A stretch of 59,563 bases of DNA, filler included, from Sphacelaria rigidula (Eukaryota): assembly GCA_964200075.2 (NCBI GenBank). It is 8 parts of 8 records of this genome, joined end to end, with 100 filler letters (N's around TTAATTAATTAA, not from the genome) between each part and the next. Parts side by side here need not be neighbours in the genome. Positions count along the whole stretch, not along the records: positions 7,460 to 14,818 come from CAXNAA020015272.1; positions 14,919 to 22,276 come from CAXNAA020015273.1; positions 22,377 to 29,734 come from CAXNAA020015274.1; 5 more parts are not named here. One strand, 5' to 3'. A program made the position numbers and the translations under genes. The notes beneath the pieces were generated by a model. The model had not been told where the DNA came from, ran no database searches, and worked only from the letters and a program-made list of their open reading frames with translations. Shown here piece by piece: positions 12,531 to 23,319 of this stretch (its first letter is position 1; each line of letters opens with the position of its first letter).

Positions 12531-13120
12531 TTAAACACGGTCCAAGTCTTCACCGCGTCCACAACAGTGACCAGCCTACCGGTAACTCCGGTTGCCAACC
12601 CCTGACTAACTAACATGACAATGGTTGATTGTCAGCAGCGAATATTTCGATGTTGTCCACTGCTGGTCGAGTCGGTTTAGGGTTGATTTGTGGCATCTGC
12701 GCACGAAGAGTTGAAGAGTTTTACCGTTCCTCCGCACGAAGCACACAGGCACAGCGGTTGTTCAGCAGCAGGTCAGGTTGTTGGATTCATTGTGCTCATG
12801 CACGCATCACTCATTGGGAGTAAAAAGAGTGAGGGAAAAAGGATGAATACTTGTTGCTGGATAATGCCAAGGTTAGGGGGAGAACAAGTGAAAAAGAAAA
12901 GAAACACTGATGAAAAGCACAAGAGTCTCGACAGAATTCACCCGCCGAGACAATCCGTGTTCCTCCATGGAGCAGGGGGATACGTTCTTCCAGTCAGTGT
13001 AACATGCATGCATCCCGCATTTTTTTTCCATCTCTTCAAGGCTGAGCGCGTGTCAAGTACTAATCTCCCATCATTATATTTCCCTTCCATTTTCTGCCGA
13101 ATAATCCATCATAACAACAG

Positions 13121-13311
13121 ACCTAGGATGGTACGACAGCGAATCTTACGGAATCACGTACAAGGTACGCGGATACTGTGAGGATGAATCCAACCCGGAG
13201 CTATTCGACTCGGTGAAGGTAACGGGCGATATCTTGGGTTCGCACATCCACCACCTGTACTTCGGACACTATTCCTTCGGGCACCAAGGCGGCAACTTCA
13301 GCTGCAACCAT
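13121..13311 (+). CDS. MC5E: Mannuronan C-5 epimerase exon 4
   Basis: (H)LGWYDSESYGITYKVRGYCEDESNPELFDSVKVTGDILGSHIHHLYFGHYSFGHQGGNFSCNH, bounded by CAG and |GTAAGC, phases 1/0. Confidence 0.93.
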
Positions 13312-14145
13312 GTAAGCACCGTGCCGCCTGTCCAGTAGACCTAAAGCTTTGATCGTGTATCTATTGTTGACATCATGACTACTTGATTTTAGACTTGTCC
13401 CTCTGCCCGTCTTGTGACAATACTTCAATACTTGCTCACTGTCACCAAACGGAATAAGCTTTATTATTATTAGTCCATGTACTGTAGTACAGTAGTATAT
13501 ATATATATATATATTATTGTGTTGCAAGCCATGCGCTTATTTCGTCGATGTGTTCGAAGAAGACAACGAAGGACACTGCATCTTTATATCTCGTTTCCAT
13601 CCTATTTTTGTTTGTCATCTTTCTCTTTTGTTTTTGTGTGTTGGTTGGACCTTATCGTCCCCCGTGCCGAAGAGAAAACAGGCGTCTCACTTTTCCCTGA
13701 TCCTCCGAGCCGATTTCGAACGATCGACTGTTCATGGTAATGCCTTCACGTGCAGTGCTTCTGTACTGACTTCAGACTACTCCGAAAACCTAGCTTCGCT
13801 TTTTTTTTCAGCACACGCACAGCACGGACGAAGGGAAAAAGGCCCCGCTGTTTTTCTTTCAATGAATCAAATCAAATCAAATCTACTCGTAGCAAGTGCG
13901 GATGCTTCAGCAGGGCTGCTGGTGCAAGCAAGCAGCGAAGTGAGTAGTACTGTTGAGTATACACAAAACAACCTGACTGCTGCATGCAAAAACAAAGATA
14001 CGGGAGTTGTGTTTTCCTCTCGTCCCTCACTGGAATGCAGGAATTTCGGGAAATAATGAAAAACACCGTACCGTCATTTTGCTGTAACAATCCTGTAACG
14101 CCGATTATTTTCTCGTCTCTCTTTTCCGTTCTTTCTGCGGGCCAG

Positions 14146-14245
14146 GTTCACCACAACGTAGGCTACGGGTTCGACCCTCATGACGACAGCGACGACCTTT
14201 TCATCCACGACAACCACGTCCACCACAACGGCTGGCACGGAATCA
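14146..14245 (+). CDS. MC5E: Mannuronan C-5 epimerase exon 5 (catalytic motif); gene continues beyond the contig
   Basis: VHHNVGYGFDPHDDSDDLFIHDNHVHHNGWHGI contains the YG(F/I)DPH(D/E) motif of AlgG/AlgE and brown-algal MC5E. Bounded by CAG and A|GTGAGT. Confidence 0.95.
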
Positions 14246-14652
14246 GTGAGTGCTTGACCGTTTTTCTCATTGTATTCTGCCGTGATCCATGTCCTATTTT
14301 GTTTTGGCTCTGTTTTATTTCACTGAAAAAATAATTCGTCGTTTCGAAATTCTGAAGGAAAAAAAAAAAGTCTCTCGTCTGTTCTTCTATTTTTCCGTTG
14401 ATTAATTTTTTTTTTTCCCTTTCTGTTCCTCTTCTTTTTATTTTCTTATCGCACAAGTCGCACTGACTGACTCTTTACAGTATAAAGTACCAGAACAAAC
14501 CCTCCCGCCCCTAGCGTTTTTGCCACAGAAGGGTTGCTTTCTTTGCTTGCAGGAATATCGGTTTGACAAACTCAACACATACACAGAAGAGGGACACCGG
14601 CAAACATACATGCGAACTAAAATGGGCTGCTTCCCGGTCAGAGGCTTATAAA

Positions 14653-14750
14653 CCCCTAGACGGCGAGAGTAGGTTATATGTTGTGTAGTCATCAATTTCA
14701 CTTGAAAATGGTATGAATAATCTAGATGGACTACCCTTGCGGTCTAGGGG
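14653..14750. mobile_element. piggyBac-like MITE, same family, opposite orientation
   Basis: TAAA|CCCCTAGACGGCGAGAGTAG ... CTACCCTTGCGGTCTAGGGG|TTAA. The interior is inverted relative to 12437-12530. Confidence 0.75.
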
Positions 14751-14818
14751 TTAACGTTAACAAATCGCCATCCGCGGCCGGGCCCCCCCCCGGGCCGCGG
14801 CCGCCCCCCCCCCCCCCC

Positions 14819-14918
14819 NNNNNNNNNNNNNNNNNNNNNNNNNNNNNNNNNNNNNNNNNNNNTTAATTAATTAANNNNNNNNNNNNNNNNNNNNNNNNNN
14901 NNNNNNNNNNNNNNNNNN
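14819..14918. other. Artificial contig linker
   Basis: N44-TTAATTAATTAA-N44. Confidence 0.99.
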
Positions 14919-14992
14919 TGCTCCGTCTCGAAAGGGATGCGTGGTCAATGGTCAAACGACTAAGGCAAGCAACAAATGAGTACGCCCCCCCC
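14919..14992 (+). repeat. ATGAGTAC/C-tract family, type A copy at contig start
   Basis: ...GACTAAGGCAAGCAACAAATGAGTAC-G-C8. Confidence 0.9.
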
Positions 14993-15947
14993 ATTTCGGA
15001 CGGGTCCTCAGTCTTTTGCCGAATGCCAATTTTTGAACGCTTGGCCATGATCGCGCTTCGCGTGAAATCCGCAATTATGGCCCAGTGTTTGTAAACCGCC
15101 ATTCAGGTAACATCGAGCTCATCCGAAATCAGGGGAAGAACTATCGCATGGGACATATTCTGTATCACTGTGCGGCAGCACAAACACACTCATACGCTGC
15201 CTCTTGTGCTGTAGCTGTCGCTGCGCTGTGGTGTCTCTAGTTCTTTTGGAAGACGGTTTGATCTCCGCTGGGACTGACTGCGGGAGTTGTTTTGTTACTG
15301 TCGTATCGGTTGTCTCCTCAAAAAACCATGCTGTCAACCTTGTGTCAACACGTAGTGCCCTCTAGATACTGTTCCTGTTGACACCCTCATGGTGTGTTGG
15401 CTATTTCGTGTCGAGTCAAACGAACAAGGCGCTTCCTAAACCCGCCATTTATATGCTGTAGTTGTCGCTGTGCTGTTGTGCATCGAAACACTCTACGACG
15501 ATCACGGTGCGATGGGCGCTCGAGAGTGCCTAAACAGTTGTCGTGCTGCATGCGGTGTTTCGGTTTGTACAAAGTTGGGGTGGCACCAAATCATTTATCG
15601 CATTATGGAGGAATGATACTTGGTTTGGGACTGAACACGCACAATACACTTGACAATACGACCTACTGTCTCTTACCTAGGGTTTACCTGGATGCTCCGC
15701 AAATATAGAGAAAATACTACAGGAGAAACCCTCACGACTTTACACCCACCCGTACTCAATGTGCGGACAAAGTGAGTATCAGTTGTATATCTGCGCTGGA
15801 CTCAGCAGCAAGAAACAGTGAGCGTGCATCGTTCTGGACTGAACACAGTCTACTGCACACTACTGGTGTCCCTACTTAGTGTTCCACAGCAACACTACAG
15901 TGTGAAGCTATGTTGGCAAGACAAGAGGATCCAGGCAGGCGGCAAAG

Positions 15948-16200
15948 TGTAGACTCTAGCCAATATCATTACCTAGGGACATTTGTAGATGGAGTTGCGG
16001 GTGTGATTGCCGGACTCTGTGATGGTGACCTCCATGGCGAGTAGGCTTGACTTTGCCACTCTGGTGGAGAGAGGCTATGGTCCTGTTCTCCTGTACTATA
16101 CTGAAGGTTAGTATATGAATGACTAAAGCTGCTGAAATCCATGTGCCCGTGATGGGGGGAGTCCACATGGCAATCTGATCTTGAGTGACAGAAGTCTATA
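15948..16200 (+). repeat. 5' LTR
   Basis: TGTAGACT...AGTCTATA. About 19 substitutions and no indels against the 3' copy (manual count). Confidence 0.92.
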
Positions 16201-16834
16201 AGGAACGTTCATTAAGTCCGCTGATGGCGATAGTTCCGCTGAAAAGCAGCTGACACTTCAAGATAAGGAAGTCTGCAGGCCTGATCAGTTTGCAGCAAAC
16301 AAGACCAGCTCAAGGCGTGTTTACGTCGCGAGAAGTTGGAGAAGTAGAGCCGAGGAGGTTCTGAGGCAGTGTTAGGGCGGGCTGTGGTATCGCTCATGCG
16401 TGAAGTGCGGGCGATCAATCGACAGCTAGCGAGCCCAAGATCGTTCCAGAAAACGCGGCGAAATCACTGCCTGATGCAGCCAGCGAGTGTTGCTTGTTCC
16501 ACGCTTGGCCAGGTACGGCTAGGAAGAGGAGTCTAAGGACTTCAAACACGTGGTGAGACCTGCGTGAGGAAGAGGCGCTGTGGCCATTGTCGTTGTACGG
16601 TGGTACAGCGCGTCTCGGTGTAAGGAGAGAGTTATTGTTTCTGTGAGTGCCGTGACTTCGTTTTTCATAAAGGCTGTGTGGAGTGCTGTACTCCTGACCG
16701 AAATGGATGAGGCGCGGGAATATGTCAGCGTCGATGGTCGTGTTGTTCCTGTACTGGCGCTGGAGATGGCGTACTAAGGGCGTAAGGTTTCGAGCGAGAC
16801 ATCGGCCGAGTTTTGACACAAACACAAGCAATAT

Positions 16835-18375
16835 TTGCGAGATGTAAATCAGGTGAACGCGCAATGGACAAACCTCTTTGAGGTGGCAGCAGTTTCTGAG
16901 CTCATGCCGAAACATATTGCGAAATGTCTGCGTGACACGTTCTTGGAACATGATTATGATGTTGAGGACGAGCAGTTGCTTTTCGCGTTGCGCAAGCATG
17001 CGCCGTCCGGTGGGACTGCTTGCACTGTGAAGCCCGAGAAGCATGTGTCTGCCCGAGGGGACAGGTCCGACAGTGCACCCGCCGAACGTGCAGTAGGTGC
17101 GGGGCGTTTGAAACAACGATACAGGGTAGATGCTTGCACTGTGAAGCCGAGACATATGTGTCTGCCCGAGGGGATAGGCACAATAGTGCAACCGCTGAAC
17201 GTAAAGTCGTTAGACCGCGTCTCAAACCACGATGTGGGGTAGCTGTTTCCACTGTGCAGAGCGGGAAGGAGACGCAGCACGTGTCTATCAAAACGGGTAG
17301 GCATGAGAGCGCGCCCGCCGACAGTACCACGGTAAGTATTGGTTTGAATGCTGCTGGTATTGCTGTTGGAGAGGGCGCCCATGCCACGCAGCTCGAGCAG
17401 ACTGCAGGCAGCTCAGCTGCCGCTGTTGCTGTTCAGGAGTGCGCTGAGCAGGAAGTGGTGGCTGAAGCGGGGATATTTGATCCAGCCGCTGCTGCCGCTG
17501 CTGTTGGAAGCGTGGAGCCAATTTGCTCCGATGAGCTAGCACTGAGCGGCAAAGGTCCAGGTTGCTTGTGGCCGCCGGACGAGGGCGTGATTAGGGACAC
17601 ACCTTGCATGGTCACCGCTGCAAGGGGATGTTATCTTCGTGATGAGAGTGAGCAGAGCAAGCTTTGGGCTTGCGATGCTCAGGGTGAATCCATCTGCGAC
17701 AGTGACATGCCGGGAGATCGTTCAGATGATCCGCAGGGGTGTCTGCTTGAAGGACAGGTGGGTGCCGGGTTGGCGGAATTGCCGCCGGAGCAGCGCGTAG
17801 CTGTGGACACGCCTTGCTTGATCGAAACAACAGGGGTGTGTGACCCGCGTGAAGCGGGTACGCAGAGCGAGCTGCAAGCTCGTGATGCTGTTAGCGATCG
17901 CTATTCTGACGGCGACGACGAGCGTCGCGTGGTGTTGGGGTCGTCGTGTGCATTCCTGTTTACATGGACAGCTTTGGCGTATTTGGCGGTGATGGCGGAG
18001 GTTTCTCCACTGTTGCGCCGCGGGGTGTTTGAGGAGGATAGCGTACCGCCATGAGGAGGTGTTGCTGTTAGGGACTGTGTAGTTGTTCCTGTTTCGCCTC
18101 TGGTTTCCTCTGTAAAACTGACTGAAGCACAGGTGTTCAGTGCTGTCCAAGTATCTGTGGAGGCAGATGACTTGTCGCATTGGTTTGGCGGTGCGAATAT
18201 ACCTTTGAGCGGCGTGCTGAGCTACACCATGGGGGTGCCAGGTGTAGCAAGACTGAAGGTGCAAGGAGAGAGTGTCCGAGAGGAAAAGCTTCTCCACGCT
18301 GTGCACGGGATTGTGGTTCGAGTGCTGCTGTTTCTTAAGAGCGGGCTGGAGGACTACAAAGAAGGGACTAACTGA
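16835..18375 (+). pseudogene. Frameshifted gag/protease-region ORF of the LTR element
   Basis: ORFs 16835-17242, 17020-18054 and 18133-18375 are collinear. A 1-nt loss in the second copy of an internal repeat links the first two. No clear RT or integrase motif seen. Confidence 0.45.
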
Positions 18376-19597
18376 GGTGTTTGCTGTTGTGGTGAGCGCC
18401 GAGTGGGGTACTGATGTTGAGGAGCAAGTGCTGAGGTGATTGAGTGCTCGTCGAGATTGAAAAACACATTATGACTGGTATTCGCGAATCGTTTTGAGAA
18501 TGATTGCAGCTTGTTACTATGTGGTTCGCGGTCATGTTTGCGCATGAGAGATGGTTGTTGAGCGAGCATGATCGTATCGCGTGAGCAGGGTAAATTTCTG
18601 GCGTACATGTGTATATTTGGCATGTTTGTGTTGGCTGATCTGGTTGGCACAAACGATGTATGCTGATTGCTGCAAGGATGGTGGCATTGCATATGCTGAG
18701 TGAAATATTGGTATGTATGTGTGGATTGCCGTATGCTGAGTGGAATTTCGGCACGCATGTGCGAATGTTTGCTCGAATGGTACTGATGTGAATGGTATTT
18801 GGTGACGACCTAGGGTGGGGCAGTTTTCAATATACTGCTGCATGCTAAATAAAGTGAAGCTCGTATATCGAAAACAAGAGCTCGAAAATGAGATCACAAG
18901 GGGTGATCAATGATGGCGGCGGTCGAGGTCCATTCGCCGTCGTTGGATTAGTATGCATGCCTTGAATAGCGGTTTGAGTCATGGCTTTACTTTGATTGTC
19001 TGAATGAAAATGATGGCAAGTTGAAGCATTGAAGCATTGATGGCAGGGAGGCATGCAATGCATACGTTTTTTACGGTGCTGCAGAAGCAAGAGGCCAGGT
19101 GCATTTAAGACTTGCTGGGTGCTTATTTCGTTCTGGCGTGAGGACGATGTACCATTCACCTTTCGCACTTCGTTGCGCAGGTGTTGAACGTACAAAGAGT
19201 GCATTTGGCATGTTGAGAAGTACCTTGTCTCGGATGAAAGGGACGATGAGTCACGAATTTTCTGGAATTTGACGTTTGCTGACATTTCCGGTTTCGTGCC
19301 GATGAATAGTCAAGAGACTTGTTTTGGGCGAAGATTTGAGAAAGTGGCGCTAGCTATCGCTCTGTAACTCGAAGTGGTGCAAGTAGCGTGATTGCGTGTT
19401 CATGATGGACGATGTTTTCTTGGAATCTCTTGCGAGTTGTTCGGAAGTGGGGCAGGCTTGTACGGAGCTGTTATCAAAAGCAGCGGAAAAAATTGCTATT
19501 CTTGCGAAAAATGACCGTACTATCAGGCACCAATGATGTCTAAGTTCGTGAAGCTCTGATGTAACTACTCGTTGGTGGTAGAGAGCTTTGGGGGTGC

Positions 19598-19850
19598 TGT
19601 AGACTCTGGCCACCATCGTTACCTAGGGACATTTGTAGGTGGAGTTGCGGGTCTGATTGTCGGACTCTGTGATGGTGACCTCCATGACGAGTAGGCTTGA
19701 CTTTGCCACTCTGGTCGAGAGAGATTATGGTCCTATTCTCCTGTACTATTCTGAGGGCTAATATATGAATGACTAAAGCTGCTGAAGTCCATGTGCCTGT
19801 GATGGGGGGAGACCACATGGCAATCTGATCTTGAGTGACAGAAGTCTATA
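19598..19850 (+). repeat. 3' LTR
   Basis: TGTAGACT...AGTCTATA followed by the AAAG TSD. Confidence 0.92.
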
Positions 19851-19854
19851 AAAG

Positions 19855-21020
19855 ACAGGCCACGAGTAAAACGTGTGTTGTTTGTGCCCACGTGATTCAT
19901 GATTTGTGATAAAAATGATTCTCCTGGTCTGCAACAACTTCTGTGCGAACCGGATTCACGCCACGTCAATCGCTGTCTGTGTCAAGTTATTGTGATGAAG
20001 CTCAGAGGCGTTGCAAGATATACGCTGTGCGGATCTGCTCGTAGACCCTAGATTCTGTGACGCGTTGTTATCGCGTATGCTACTGTCGTTAGTTAGGGTT
20101 GTTCAGCCGCGGCGGCAGGCCGCGTCGCCCTATCTAAATCAGTTACCGGCTTGCCTTGGTCTGTACCCTGGACCATCACTACGCTCTGCTCCTATGGCTG
20201 CGCTCCGGCTATGCTGAGTAAGAGAGACGTGTCGATAAAACATGATGCTAAGCAAACACGTGAGTTCCTAGTCAGCAGTCTGAACATGGATGAACCTGCT
20301 CTGTGATAGTCAAGGATGGATAGCTAGGTCTGTGTGAAGTTGCCTACGTGGGAGCTTGGTGGGTTGGCACCATGGTATCTCCTGGCACTCATACTGAGAG
20401 ACCCCAGCTAGTGCATTAGCTACATCCACTCCATATGACAATAGGCGTCGATAAACAGACCTTGTTTTGCTTGGTTAGGAACGCTTTGTGTTGCTTGGTG
20501 TTGTGTTTTGCTGCTCAAGCTGTAGTGAGTAACTCGCTTTTATTTTTCTGCGGTTTTTACCTGTATTTAGTGAAGCGCCCCTGGTCTATTGTGACTGTCG
20601 TGGGCCTCAGCCCACTCTGGGCTCGATTGCATTGTGCACAATTGTAGTGAAAATTGCTGTTCGGGGCCCCGCTTCGCGTATTATTGATACGTATCTACCC
20701 CTCCGTTGGTATAATGCTTGTAGCTGCTGAGCGATTTGCTGTAGCTGCCCTTGATCCTGTTCCCGCTTGTTGACATCCGTGTGAGTGCCATGGTGACACA
20801 CTTTGTTAGTTTCCCGAGCACGCGTCGATTTGGCCGGAACTGCGTGCAACTTCCGCCTCGTGCATGTAGTCAACCGTAACTCTGTGCACGTGCATGTAGC
20901 CAACCGTAACTGTCTCACTACAGTGTGTCCACTCTGCTTCGAACAGGGTATCGCACGCGCCATTGTGCCCCGTGCAAACTGTGTGCCCGCCGGTCATTCC
21001 TACATTTGTGGTGGCTGAAA
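19855..21020 (-). mobile_element. Older decayed retroelement-like sequence flanking the LTR element
   Basis: Minus ORF 20607-20963 has a degenerate knuckle-like CSKQSGH segment, a Q-rich segment and a 30-bp tandem repeat. The rest is full of stops. Confidence 0.3.
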
Positions 21021-22244
21021 GTTGTTTCGATGGCTCATGCTGTAGTAGAATATAGCTGATTTTCTTTGTGCCTTATTCAACCCCCCCCCTGTACCTCGGC
21101 GAGCACCCCAGATATTAGTAGATGCACAACCCCCCCCCCTCCCCCCCGGGCTCCCTTTTGTATGCTGCGGTACCCCACTGCGCAGCATGGTTCTGAGGTG
21201 TGGGAGACTAAACCGTTAGTCGTGGAAACAATAGCTCCCCTGTGACAGCACACGCATTACTACCGTACGTCGCGTTGTTGACGTTGGCACAACTGATTCG
21301 AGTCGACAGTAGTTGATTTCCGCCATTCTGGGACAACGCCGCCTGACTGATTTCCTTGTCATGGTGTATGTATTTTTGTTTTCCGTCAAGGGTACTACTA
21401 CAACTTTGCCTTCGGATGTAAGACCACAACCTTGTTGGCCTTCCAAAACAGTTGGCGGGAGTAAGCTCACGACCACGGTGGCCTCCCACGAAGGAATTGA
21501 GCTTCGCATGTAGGCTCACAGTTGGCCTTTCCCGATGTTTGCCCATGTCACTTCAGTTCGGCCTGATTGACCTTTTCTTGTACCTACAGATGACTTCCCT
21601 CTGGAATATTATGGTTTTAGCGACAAAACTTGCCCTCGGATGGAAGCCCACGAGTTTTGCGTGACCATCCCACGATATTTGACATCACTTCAGCCCGGCC
21701 CGTTTGAGTTTTTCCTTGTAGTATCAGATGGTCCCCGTCCCTTGTCAAGGAGAGAGAACTGGTCTCGTAACCGCGCAGGGTTTTCTAGTGCACATTTCCC
21801 CCCTTATCAGTGCAAAGTGTATTCTTTTGTGCTGTACTACGGAAATATACTCGAGCTCGAACATTTTCTCTTGTAGAAGAGACGCCCTCGGACACGGCCC
21901 ACGTGCCCCTTCCATATGCCGCTGCCCTGGCTACTTCCCAGCACCCCCCCCCCCGATCTGGTCAGATATCAGATCATACCCTCCCCCGACACCGGTTGTA
22001 TCATAAGCCTATATTTGAGTTGCTACAACACACCGTCCGCATCCCTCGGTAATGCGGCGAGCGCCGAGCTCACCTTGGAGGATTTCAGAACCCTAACCCG
22101 ATCTGGTCAGATATCAGATCGTAGCCCCCCCCCCCCCATTCGCTGTGTATAAGCTGTTGCTGTCTCTGGAAGTGGCGATACCAGATAATATAGCAACTCA
22201 TTGTAGGTGATTGAGTGCGAGCCTGGTCCGGCGAAAACCCGGCG

Positions 22245-22276
22245 TGCTCCGTCCCGGCTTTGTAGGGATGCGAGGT
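22245..22276 (+). repeat. ATGAGTAC/C-tract family, type B interior running into the gap
   Basis: GTGCTCCGTCCCGGCTTTGTAGGGATGCGAGGT matches the reverse complement of 37164-37192. Confidence 0.85.
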
Positions 22277-22376
22277 NNNNNNNNNNNNNNNNNNNNNNNN
22301 NNNNNNNNNNNNNNNNNNNNTTAATTAATTAANNNNNNNNNNNNNNNNNNNNNNNNNNNNNNNNNNNNNNNNNNNN
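22277..22376. other. Artificial contig linker
   Basis: N44-TTAATTAATTAA-N44. Confidence 0.99.
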
Positions 22377-23177
22377 ACGCCACCTCGCGGGGTTTTCTTT
22401 AAACCCCCTTGCCTTAAAAAATTTTTGTTTTTTTGTTTTCACCCTCCCCAAAAAAACCCCCCCCCCCCCCCCCCCTTCCCCAAAGTGATATACGTTCGGG
22501 GCCGCTTTGGAATATTTTCGGCACCGCGGCTGAAATCACCACGGGGGTTTTGTGCAACACCCTCCTCTTATGATGGAACAAAATATCCTCCATGACCAGC
22601 AAGAGAGGAGGGGGGCCCGTTCGAATGTCAAACGTTCCGATGAATAGATCGAGCTGACGGACACACCAGATGACACATGCCACAGTCGTTAAGTACATGA
22701 GTGTGCAGACAAAGAGACAGCAGGGAAGGAAACAATAAGCATGCCATTGAGCATGAGGGTGCTACTGGCCTGTGGTTTGACAATCGAAAGCGCTTCGCTC
22801 GCTATCGCCTGCCCTTTCGTCACCCTTGCCTGCGGGTGATGTCACCCAAATCAGGTGCTCCAACTTGGCCATAATGTCGCTCGGGAGTATGTTACATATA
22901 GCACGCCACCTTGACTATCACCCTCGTTGCATCTCCGGATGCCAGAAAATTGTCATTCGGGAGTGGTATTCACCGTGACCTACGGTACCAGTCCCGATCA
23001 TGTAAGACGCTGGGCCACTTGAGATCTCAAAACAAAGGACTCGAGAATCCCGTGCAAACAGGGATGGGTAAGCACACCCTTGGAGGCTGACTGACGCTAC
23101 GTGCACGCATTTTGTCCTTTGAAATATTTAGTGGTTCATGTCTTATCCACGATGCACCAGGGTCCTACTTCACTCGC

Positions 23178-23319
23178 CTTTTTGAAAAAGCGTGTTAGCT
23201 GACCCCAATTGTCTTTCTTGACCCTTATGGCAGTTCCGTTCTCAAAGCCGTGCATTCGCACGTCTTTGTCGTAGTAGCGGCTGAAAATCTCGGCGACAAG
23301 AAACCCGTTGGAAAAATCT
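23178..23319 (-). CDS. SPATA4: SPATA4/SPEF1-family CH-like domain protein, exon 2
   Basis: (R)[50 protein letters not shown] acceptor is in phase with exon 1. Probable GC donor AAG|GCGAGT. Confidence 0.88.

Larger units (their letters stand above)
15948..19850 (+). mobile_element. LTR retroelement, 3.9 kb, decayed or non-autonomous (Gypsy-like or LARD)
   Basis: Two 253-bp direct repeats (15948-16200 and 19598-19850), AAAG target-site duplication (15944-15947 and 19851-19854), G-rich tract before the 3' LTR, and broken plus-strand ORFs inside. Confidence 0.9.

Noticed and set aside
14919-14983. CRISPR repeat or 5S rRNA origin for the recurrent ATGAGTAC repeat
   Set aside because: The copies are dispersed rather than regularly spaced, there are no cas genes, and no similarity to 5S rRNA is recognisable.
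15342-15384. TCAACA / TGTTGA as ends of another LTR pair
   Set aside because: Only a match of about 30 bp (15207 versus 15453) supports it, and the projected boundaries do not give TG..CA or a TSD.
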